This document shows, in pieces, positions 52,851 through 64,000 of a stretch of 64,000 nt of DNA (the first letter of the stretch is position 1; every line of letters starts with the position of its first letter). This DNA is from Octopus vulgaris (taxonomy: Eukaryota), in the NCBI GenBank assembly GCA_951406725.2, contig OX597827.1, forward strand, positions 48,298,001-48,362,000, written 5' to 3'. A model generated the notes under the pieces. The model saw only the letters and a program-made list of their open reading frames with translations. It ran no database searches and was not told the DNA's origin. The translations under genes were made by a program, and so were the position numbers.

Positions 52851-54390
52851 TAGAAGCACAACTGTTACTCCGTTGCAATGATTTGAAGCCAGAATGGCAT
52901 ACTAATACTTTCAATAAAATGAAGATAGGATATGATATTTAATTCTTGCTTAAGTGTAAAACAAAAAGATTTTGGCGCGGGATTATATTAAATCTGGTAC
53001 TTGATTTGTACTTAATTTTCTTCTCTAACATGGCTGACACATTTGTATTTTGATTGACAATGTGACTGACGATCGATTAAGTTGCTTGATGAAATAAACG
53101 TTATTCAGATATTTAAAACATAATTATGTATGAGAAGAAATAAACTCGAATGTGATTCAGAGAATATTATTGAAAGGTCGAAAAAAAATAATATCTCCCT
53201 CAGTTGTATAAGAGATTTATTAAGTAGTTAAATGTTAAACATCTCAAACCAAATTACTCTCCATAAAAATGTTGAATTTATTTGTCATTCAAGAATGAAT
53301 GGAAATATTAATAGTTGTAGTTCAAGTTTAATTGACATTTGAATTTGAAGAACACAATATCAATGGCTCTTATAATCAATATTATAATTGTTATCAATTA
53401 TAATTTGACTTGTTGTAAAGGTTATTTATTTTTAGTAAAATTGAGATATCCTGTTGTCCTGAGAAAAATACTTTTGCAAATAAAAATTCGGTGCAAGCAC
53501 AAGTGTGTGTGTACGTGTGTGTGTGTAGTTAAGACGTTCTCTTCGCAACCCCAAGGTTTTGGCTTCGATTGTCCAACCCTGTGGCACATTGATGTCTTAC
53601 AGAAATCATTTGGATGTTTAAGGTTACAGGGAGTAACCAGTCTTCTCAAAAAATCTACCAGGAATAAGACCAATCCTGAGAAAAGACTATAATACTAATA
53701 AATACTTCTAATTTAAGCACAAACCCCACAATTTTAACGAAAACAATATATTAGTTTCATCATGTTGAGCCGTTAATCCCTACAAAGTCTGTCTCTTCCG
53801 CTACTCTAGGCTCGGAAGGTCAAAGCTTTTGCTATTCTTCCCGAGTGTCAATCTAATAGATCTACTGTTTGTGCCCTCACTTGTCTTCGTCTTTTGTTTT
53901 CTGCAAATGTGATCTATATTTTTCTATTTCCCTGAGGAAATGAAAAGGCAAAGGTGACTTCATACGAATTAGAAATTCTTAACGTAACCCGACGGAAGCA
54001 ATACCGCAAGTATTTTGTTCGAAGCATTGAGTATTTTCTCAAATGGCAACAAAATATAATTAATTCTGTTTTAAGCACAAGACAAGAGAATTTTCTGATG
54101 CGGATTTATCTGTTCCAGCAATAACTATACTTGACTGGTACTTTATTTATAAACTCCGCAAGGTTAGGAGGCAAAGTTGACCTCGGTGGAACATCATCTC
54201 AGAACATGAATGTTCGCAAAAGTGATACTTTTTGACTGACTTTTTAACGATGATGCCAAAACATTTCTTTATTATCCACATATGCTATTACTCAATGACG
54301 TTGTGGATACAACATAAGGCATGTGAACATAAAATGAATTATTAAAAGAAAATAAGAAAATATGAAATAAGAAAAAGTACATACTGATCA

Positions 54391-54703
54391 CGTGGAGGCA
54401 CATAGCCTATTGTTTAGAGCAGCGGACTCGCAGTCGAGGGATCGCGAGTTCGAATCTCAGACTGGGTGATGTGTGTGTGTTTATGAGCGAAACACCTAAG
54501 CTCCACGCGGCTCCGGCAGAAGGTAATGGCGAACTTCTGCTGTCTCTTTCGCCACAACTTTCTCACACTCTTTCCTCCTGCATCTTGCAGCTCACCTGCG
54601 TCGTACCGACATCCCGTCCAGGTTGGGAACATATACGCCAAGAAAACCAGGAAACCGGCCCTTATGAGCCAGGCATGGCTCGAGATGGAGCAAACAAAAA
54701 AAG
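54391..54703 (+). mobile_element. SINE family C with 12-bp TSD
   Basis: Colinear with 4748-5046; ACATACTGATCA at 54379-54390 and 54704-54715. Confidence 0.9.
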
Positions 54704-57128
54704 ACATACTGATCAAGAATCTCCCATGGTCAAGTGAACTAAGAAACGTCCATCCAAGAATCTCATCGATTCGTAATTATCCTGATCATCGATAAAACAG
54801 CGATCATTCAGGTGCCACTGGAAAACTACGCCCATTTCCTTGCGATAGTGTAGCTCCCTACAACTACCATACTCCAGACCATCAAAGGAAAGGCTGAGTT
54901 GTGAACCTAGGGCAATATCGTGTTTCTGCCACCTGAGACAATTTAACGGCTTTCGTTTGATCGTGTCCCAAAATATATCGTAAGATATAACGCATTCGAT
55001 CTCATAAAACATGTTCCGCCTTTCGTGTTCAATAAATGGCCGATGATTTGTCTCGTAGCTTGAATATCGCACGGTTGTGATGGATTTCCTTACCACCATT
55101 ACTAATTAGCTCACGAAAACAGCTGAGGTGATAAAGATACGGAAGACTAAAATATCTCATAAAACCTCAAAATCATTACGTCATTATGACTGTAGCTCTA
55201 TGACCGCTGTCGGTAAAATAATAAAAAATAACTCTAAGAATACTGGCGATAATAAAATTTTTCAGTTAACTATTTTTCTCTGCCTCGTATGGAGGAACGG
55301 TACAGTTAACCTAGGGAGAAATTGAACTCAGGATTTAGCAAAAAGAAACAAACATCACACGGTATTTTGTCCGACGATTTCACTTTTCTACAGTCTTCTC
55401 GCCTTGAAAGTGTTAGCCATGTGTATAACAATTATAATCTATGCATAAAGATAAAATAGTGCTAACTGTAATATTCTGTCGCAGAGATTATTGTCTTAAA
55501 AGATATCGTGTTTAAGACATTTGAGAGACTGCTGAAAAGTTCATGGCTTTGGGTTTAAAGAAAATACAAGAGGATCAGTTACTTATGATTTTAGTTAACA
55601 TATTCCATCTGAGATTCATATACGTATTGCAGCAGTCCTTCGGGTGTTCTAAATCCTGTTTAAAGGACTCAGAAGTCTGAGCCTCCAACCAGGCCTTTCA
55701 CAATAACCTTAAAACCAGAACCCCCTCATCGTATGTGTCTTAAAAATAATTTCTCTAAGATAAGCGTGTACTGTTCTACGTTTGTATATAAGCTACTTAT
55801 GTTATACACTTCGTTCCTTAAATGTAATATTTCAGTTGGCTGCAATTTTCTTTAGACCATATCATTTTTTAATACCAGTTATTTCTAAATAACTATTCCA
55901 ATGGTTGTTTCTTTGAATCAAATATTTTCTTTTTTTTCTTTTTCCATTCATTTGTACTAATCTACAACTATAACATAAATACCATTCAGTTACATTTCCC
56001 AGAATTCATTCAACTTTTTTTGTGTATTCCAAGTTGCATTATATATTTTGCTATTTTATCTTCCCTGACTAGATCTGCTTGACTACCGACTTACCTAGCG
56101 AAACCTCATTGGCCCTAATATCGTTAACTTTATAACATTGCTATGCATTTTCTTTATCTGCATCGACATAAAACACCATTCGAATATGTCAGTCTTTACA
56201 TTGCCATATCCTATAATGTCTTCGTTTGCATTATATATGTTTTTCGTGCACAAACTAAATAGTTGTAATTCTTATTTCTGTAGATATAATCTTGTACATT
56301 TCTGTCAGTTTTTCTTTTTTCAGAAATATTTTCGTTATCGCCATTTGTGCTTGGTCAGCCATAGCCAGAATTGTCCATTCACATCTTTTTCTTCTGACTG
56401 TCTACTATCTGTTCTTTGTGCATGACAAACTGTTTACGCCATACGCAGACAGCTGTCAATGACTGTTCTACAACATTTCCTCGTGTTTGAAGCAAATTCG
56501 TTCTTCCATATGTCAGGCAAGTCTCACGTCCATCTCCCATCCCTATGTTCTCTATGCCCGAAGCACCACTCAAACAGCAAATAGTTTTCTTTATATACTT
56601 TGAAGTTTCATGAAAATGTCCGATGTTGTTAACGTCAGGAACTTCGTCACACTACGGCATACAAACTCACCTAAACACACATTGTTAAATTATACAACAC
56701 ATATTCTCTGCATTTCCATAGAAATGTCACGATTTTCATTACCCCACGGCGTGAAGACAAATCTAAATTTATGGACTGTGTTAAATAATTTATGTTAATT
56801 TAATTCACTACTAGTCATGGAACTGAGTTTCTTAATTACTATTTCATTTATATATATGCTCCTTTTCGCATGACCGCTCGCTTCTTTTATCATTGACTTT
56901 CAGCTGCGAAATTAGTTTTATGTTATTTACAGATTTCCCGTTTTCTTAAATTATTTGTGTATGTTACACATTATATTTTCTTCACAACTCGTGAACAACG
57001 AATTCTTGCTTACAAATTTATGATTAGTCAGCCACAAGTTTACAGCATTTTTTATGGTCTAAGAGAGAAATGTGGCTTCACAGGTTTTCAGTTCGAATCC
57101 TCGTATACAGCGATGAATAATTCACATA

Positions 57129-57227
<99 letters not shown>

Positions 57228-57228
57228 A

Positions 57229-57564
57229 AGGCGCATGGCTCAGTGGTTAGAGCGTCGAGCTTACGATTGTGAGGTTGTGAGCTCGAATCCCGGACCGGGC
57301 TGCGTGTTGTGTTCTCAAGCAAGGCACTTTATTTCACGTTGCTCCAGTTCACTGAGCTGTAGAAATGAGTTGCGACGTCACTGGTGCCAAGCTGTATCGA
57401 CCTTTGTCTTTCCCTTGGATAACACTGGTGGCGTGGAGAGGGGAGGCTGGTATGCATGGGCGACTACTGGCCTTCCATAAACAACCTTGCCCGGACTTGT
57501 GTCTAGGAGGGTAACTTTCTAGGTGCAATCCCATGGTCATTCATGACCGAAGGGGGTCTTTACC

Positions 57565-57567
<3 letters not shown>
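57229..57567 (+). mobile_element. SINE family D, full length
   Basis: GGCGCATGGCTCAGTGGTTAGAGC box A, GCTCGAATCCCG box B, CORE-like CAAGCAAGGCACTTT; second copy at 28753-29066. Confidence 0.88.
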
Positions 57568-57619
<52 letters not shown>

Positions 57620-57770
57620 TGTGTATGTATGGGTATACCGAATCAGGGGACACTGCTGAATTAGTTTACAAGATTATATACTGTTTCTATGACTATTATG
57701 TACAAACGTGTACACACATGTTTATACATATATATATATATATATATATATAATAAATATATATTTATAT

Positions 57771-58190
57771 AATTTTCGAGGAGACGGCCAGTCGAGTAGA
57801 TCGGCTTCAGTACACAACTGGTATATAATTTATCGACCTCGGAAGGATGAAAGGCAAAGTCAACCTCGGCGGTCGAACTGGCAGAAACGTTAGCACGCCG
57901 GGCGAAATGCGTAGCCGTATTTCGTCTGCCGTTACGTTCTGAGTTCAAATTCCGCCGAGGTCGACTTTGTCTTTCATCCTTCCGGGGTCGATTAAATAAG
58001 TACTAGTTACGCACTGGGGTCGATATAATCGACTTAATCCGTTTGTCTGTCATTGTTTGTCCTCTCTGTGTTTAGCCCCTTGTGGATAGTAAAGATATAG
58101 GTATTTGAATTTAAAGAGTAAAGACAGACGAAGTACCGCTAAGCATTTCTCCCGGCGTGCCAACGGTTCTTATCTCTTTATTACCTAGTA
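57771..58190. mobile_element. SINE family B (+, ~57868-58105) nested in an oppositely oriented family B copy
   Basis: The minus copy is interrupted at GGCGG^AATTTGAA and resumes at ~58103. Confidence 0.8.
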
Positions 58191-60821
58191 ACAGGTTATA
58201 CATAGAAAAAGGAATTTTCACAAATACAACACATAAAGTCACTACAACACGAGACATAACATAAACTCGGGGAACTAAAAATACAAAAAGAAATTAGAGT
58301 CTGGAAGATGTAAAAGAAACGAATGAGAATATGAAAAATGATATAATGTGGCGCAATGCCCACTCGAACTCCGAAGCCAAGTGGTTACATTTCTACCCTT
58401 TTTCGCTCTTTTCATTCTCATTCTTTTTCACAAAAAGTTCTGTTTTTCCCAATTTTTCCACGAAAAAGTTCATTTTTTAATCGTCGTTTTCACCTCCCTA
58501 AAAATTGTTCATGTTATGTTTCGCATGCCTTGTTTAACATTTTCTAACCTTGAAAATTCTACCACAGGCGGCATTGAATTAAACAATCTCTGAGTTCAAA
58601 TTCCGTCGAGGTCGACTTTGCTTTTCGTCGATAAAATCCGTACCAATCAAGTAGTGGGGTTGATGTAATTGATTTTGCCACCTTAAAAACTGCGAGCTTT
58701 GAGCTAAAATTTGAAACCATTATTATTGACCATTATCACATCTTATTACTGGTATAGTGTCCAATGATTGTGAATTATCCGTTTAAAGATTTTTGCCTTC
58801 TTCATGACTAGTGTTAAACGAGCTGGGAACAGTCATGAAACCTTCTAAAAGTTCCAGCCATGCAATACACAAGCTACTCTTCCTCCTTCTACAATCTACG
58901 ATTATGTCTTTGTTGTTCAGTATTCGATATTTGTAATCATATATGTTTTACAATATCAGACACTGATATTTTTCCAAAGAATCTTAATTGTTTATGATCC
59001 TAGTTCACTAAAAAATGTGTAAGTTGTAAGAAGGTTCATTACAGTTGTTTTAGGGCTTGTTATTCTTTTATAGTTGAGTAAAATATGGGTCCTTTATCCT
59101 CCGTACAGCCATTCGAGTGTTGTCAGTAGCTCACAAATCACATCCGTCCCACCTTTAACCGTTTTGATACCACCTGGGACGACTTTGGGTCTATGGTATA
59201 CTCTTCCTGTTTTAAAAGGAACTAAATTAAAAGCATTTATTAAAATCTAATGTAAATTATATCCCAAACATCAGTTTAATAATGACAGTTATTTTACGAA
59301 ACGCTTTGTTATTTTAAAAATCAATTGCAAAACAAACGCAATGTTTCAACAAAAATATTTAACAGAAGAATTAAATATGTTCCTTTTAAATGTCAACAAG
59401 TTTGGAATGTAGTGTTCTCGTGTCTTTGTACTGAATTACCCCGAGATCTTTAATTACGATATTTAAGCTGGCAGATTAAATGAAGAATTCGTAAGAAAGA
59501 CTCGAGGTATTAAATTATACCTCTTGGTGAGGTGCAATTGAATCCAGACTCCACTTATGTCGATTTTACCCTTTATATAACTTTAGTGGTTAAAATTACT
59601 GCCATTTATGTACTTAAGTCCCATTAATTCAATTCGCCCAGCACTGGGTATAGAACTATGCCAGTTTCGGAAATATTGAAGTTAGCATTATTACGATCAT
59701 CACCATTGCATTCATGATAAACCTCATTCATTTAAAAGAGAATATTTTGTAACTTCCACTCAACATATTTTCATAACGCCAGTTCCATTTTGAATAATAT
59801 GAGTTTCATTTTTCTCCTAATTGAAATAAATTTAGTTTCTACTTTAATATTCTTTTTTGTTTTGTGTTGACTACGATTTGTAATTATTACATTTAATGTT
59901 AATTTTAATTCTGTATATGTTTGAAGGAAATGAAATAAAAAATAATCAATATTTTTCGTCTGCTGTTTTCATTTCGTTCATTAAGTCTATTATTACATCT
60001 GTCATACCAGTAGAAGAAGAAACGAAACATAATTTCTCTGTTAATATTTGATGATACTCTAGTCTAGTAAATCAAGGAACTTGATAATGTAGTATATCCT
60101 ATACAATACATATGATTTCTCAAATTATTAAATTGAGAATTTATTACCTATATTTCCTATGTTTGGCGAGATACACAACGTAGGGCAGAACAAATCTCAT
60201 TATATTTTCTTTTTAACTATTCCCCATATTTCTGTTTATTAGCATGAGGCGGATGAGTAGGATCCAAGTCATATTGCAGTGTCTCTAAAACTGGTGGCGG
60301 ATAATGTACAGCAAGAATTCAAACTTCCGATACAGTGAACCACTATAGTTGCATTCGAATGATTAAAATCAGTGAAAAAATTACATGAGATTCCATTTTT
60401 TGAGGTAGAAAATGGATCTAGTGAATGGACCCTGCATAAAAGAGATTAGTAGGGTCGACTTACAAATGATCTTCGTTAGATTTTCTTTGATGAGATTATG
60501 ATTAGAGCCTTCAACTTTACATAAACATGGCAAAAAAATCCAAGCACGTTAAACGGTTCGAAAATATTAAGAAAATAACCGTTAAATACAATTGATTTTT
60601 AGAGCAGGTGATCATTGATTAACACTGTAAGTTGATATTATTTATGTGAGATATACAGCAATAATTACATTCTTGTGTAAAAGTTAAAATATAACTGCTT
60701 CCTCCAATTACTTTTTTTTAGTAAAATTCTTGTAAGAAAGTTTATAAATTTTCCTCTTCAGACCTTTTTTTCGAAGGAGTAAAAAATTTTAAATAATTAT
60801 GCGAAAGTCAGGAGAAATAAT

Positions 60822-61275
60822 ATTGGTTTCAATTTTCGGCACAAGGCCAGAAATTTCGGGGAGAGGCTAAGACAGTTACATCGACTCAGCTGGTACATAT
60901 ATTTTATCAACCCCGAAAGGATGAAATGCAAAAAATTGATCCAAGCAGAATTTGAACTCAGAACGTAATGAAGTACGAAATACCGCCCAGTATTTTTGGC
61001 TGACGTGCAAACGTTTCTACCAGTGTGCCACTTTGTTAGAACTATTTGAAATCAACATCATTGATAGTTATTGATTTCAAATTTTGGCACAAAGCCAGCA
61101 AGTTCGGGGGAGGGGAGGAGGCAATTATAACAGCCCCAGAGCTCAACTGGTACTTATTTTATCGACCCCCGGAGGGCTGAAAGGTAAAATCGACATCGAC
61201 GGAATTTGAACTGTATCGTTAAAGCCGGAGAAAATATAGCTAAGCATTTTACCCGTCGTGCTAACGCTTCTGCCA
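60822..61275 (-). mobile_element. Two tandem diverged SINE family B copies
   Basis: Tail, core and head are recognisable twice. Confidence 0.75.
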
Positions 61276-62193
61276 CCCCGAGTGGGGGGGATAATGTTAA
61301 GGCGAATATCTACTGTCACAAATTTCTTGTCTTTTTTTAATACTAATATCAGATAAAGTACGAAATCAATTATACAAGCGTAACATTATCACACGAGGAA
61401 TATATAATAGATTTCCCTTTTTTCAAATGGTGATACAAAAATGAATAACAAACTCTCTCTCGCACTCTCTCTCTCACAAACACACACACACACACACACA
61501 CACACAATCACACATGCACAAAATGGGTTGGAAATGGGACCATTGTATATTCCGTTTGATATACCACTCACTTTATTAGATTAATATGTCAAATGACTAA
61601 ATGGGTTCTTGGGTTAATAAATGCCAGAGATCCATGAAAATGAAGTGTGGACTAATAAAGCTTTCTAACAAAACCAGTGTTGTTATCACGTTGTATATTG
61701 AAAAAAAAACTATCCATTCGCTGGTGACTCAGAATTGTTACTACGATAGATACAAGAATCACCGTATGGTTAAAAGGTTGGTTCTCAGTTACGTTGTTCC
61801 GGATTCAATTTCTCTGCTCGGCGTCTCGTTAACAATTGTTTAACCTAACCATACACAAGTGTTGATTAATAAATATCTTCTCAATCGAATGGGATTTGCT
61901 AATCAGTGCGAATGGCTGTTGTTCATGCATTTGTATTTTACTTTTGCTACTCATTCGAATTCGGCCACGTCGGGGCACGACCTTGAAGGTATTTCCTCGA
62001 AGAATTCCACCCCCGCCCGCACCCAGTACATTTTTTAATGCTTGGTATTTAACGTTTCCCTCTCTTTTCACCCAACTGCTAGGTTACAAGGACATAAGCA
62101 AACCAATACAGGTTGTGACGCGGAGAAAGTGGACAAACAAAAAGATACACACATGCATACACAAACACACATGAATATATATAAATACATACG

Positions 62194-62229
<36 letters not shown>

Positions 62230-62960
62230 CTCATACACTACAGGCTCTACAGCCTGTAGTGTATGGACGTTTGATATCGTTTCTTATTACCTGCAGCAAA
62301 TATTGAGATCTTGGTGTGTATAGGTAACTATTTCCAATTTAGCCAAGAATATTATGAAATCGACCATATTCAGAATAATAACACCATACACTTCCTTCAA
62401 GGATTTGAAATTCAAATATAGTTTACCGCAGCAGAAATGCTCAACGGACACTCAGACTGAAAAGTATTACATGCAATTTGTTTTCAAATTATAGCATGCA
62501 AACCTACTCACTAGGTTTTAGTCGTCCCGGATTATAGTAGAAGTCACAAGCTCACGTTGCCACTAGTGGGACTGATCTTGGAACCATGTAGTCGGGAAGG
62601 AAACATCTTGTCGTACAACTATATACCCATGTGGGCGCGCACGTGTGTGTGTCGTCCGTAGAAGGAAGTATAGTATCTTTCTGTTCCATCGAAATGTTAG
62701 TGGGGACGCACAACATTTGCCAGTAAAATACTAGAAGTATATTGATAGAGCAATTTTGGTGAAATATATATTAGACCAAAATATGTCAAAGAATAGAAGT
62801 GATCTATTAGAAATTGCTACCAAGAATATCAACGAGAAATGCAACAGCAAAACCAAAGGTGCATACAACAAAATCAATAATGATATTTCATTGCGTGATG
62901 TTATTCACTTTCGAACGTAATTTCCATCATTATTTTGACAAAGGAAAGGTTTCAAATACT

Positions 62961-63348
62961 ATTTTACTTGTTTTAGTCATTTGACTGCAGCCATGCTGGA
63001 GTATCGCCTTTACTCGAGCAAATCGACGCCCAGGACTTTGTAAATTATTACTTATTCTATCGGTCTCTTTTGCCGGACCGTTATTTTACGGGGACGTAAA
63101 CACACCAGCATCGGTTATCAAGTGATGTTGGTGGGACAAACGCAGATACACAAACATATACACACACATACATATATATATACATATATACGATGGACTT
63201 GTTTCAATTTCCGTCTACCAAATCCACTCACAAGGTTTTGGTCGGGCCGAAGCCATAGTAGAAGACACTTGCCCAAGGTGCCACGCAGTGGGACTGAACC
63301 CAGAACCATGTGGTTGGTAAGCAAGCTACTTACCACACAGCCACTCCT
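62961..63348 (-). mobile_element. SINE family A, full length
   Basis: Minus strand GGAGTGGCTGTGTGGTAAGTAGC...GGGTTCAGTCCCAC...GGCACCTTGGGCAAGTGTC. Confidence 0.9.
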
Positions 63349-64000
63349 TATATCTATGGCCCTCAGATCGTTCAATGACATTTTATGCTATTCTTAATCT
63401 GAATTCACTGTTCGCTTATCCAGCGCATTTGAATAATAATTTCTCATCTGCTCACTTTCTATATTACCTTGCATCATCTCTTAACACTGTCGATAGAGCA
63501 TCAACATTTTAATGACGTTCTAATAAGAGTCATCTTGAGGTAAATCTTCATGATAATTGATTAGGTCTTTTTCGCTTCTGCGATCAACCAACCGCCCTCT
63601 CACCCCAACTCTACGTTTATGAAAAGCACTTGTTGATCAATTGGTTCATAGACTCGAAATTATTGATCATAATCTAGAAAATGCTACCAATAGATAAAGA
63701 CATTTCCGTGAGTGAATGGAGAGGAGGAATTGAAAATACGAATCATCATGCTTATGAAAAAATATTGCTATATATATATATATTATAATTTGTACAAACA
63801 TTGCACCAATTCTCAATGGGAAATGTTTCCTCGAATAATTCATTATCTTTCTTAATGTCCACTTATAGATCAGAATATATTTTGATTTCTACTTCATTAG
63901 ATTTACGTTGCTAATAACATATCTGAAATGCTTGTCTCTTTATCTATCGCCACCGCTATGTACGCACGAACACAAGACCACGTATGGACACTCGGCGGGC

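Noticed and set aside
54713-55099. 128-aa ORF with faint Tc1-like words (LMVWS, HLNDRCFID)
   Set aside because: No DDE motifs or TIRs could be confirmed; it may be a decayed transposase but is unsupported.
55522-55733. Mariner-type MITE beginning CTGCTGAAAAGTTCATGGCTTT
   Set aside because: The right TIR is too eroded to verify from this window.

Overview
AT-rich eukaryotic genomic DNA, dense in microsatellites. The SINE repertoire suggests an octopus or other coleoid cephalopod (inferred from recall, not searched). I see no credible host protein-coding gene, and nearly all ORFs in the supplied track are translations of (TA)n, (CA)n or (TAA)n repeats or of SINEs. The window is a graveyard of mobile elements: four tRNA-derived SINE families, a CR1-group LINE fragment, R4/Dong LINE pieces in (TAA)n tracts, a decayed hAT/Charlie transposon, an internally deleted mariner, a non-autonomous Helitron, and a TIR MITE with internal telomeric repeats. 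The most striking signal is about ten short non-coding elements, nearly all in or beside (TA)n or other microsatellites. They are built from inverted and/or partial-tandem repeats and carry minimal type I hammerhead ribozyme (HHR) motifs. Motifs with consensus cores lie at 766-856(+), 543-633(-), 24740-24803(+), 50286-50334(-) and 51600-51634(+). Variant or decayed ones lie at 7391, 15128, 23609, 26476, 38609, 51033 and 51317. One decayed motif sits downstream of a Penelope-type GIY-YIG ORF remnant. Together these point to a multi-family set of Penelope-dependent, microsatellite-targeting, retrozyme-like elements. All folds and alignments were done by eye, and the boundaries of degenerate repeats are approximate.
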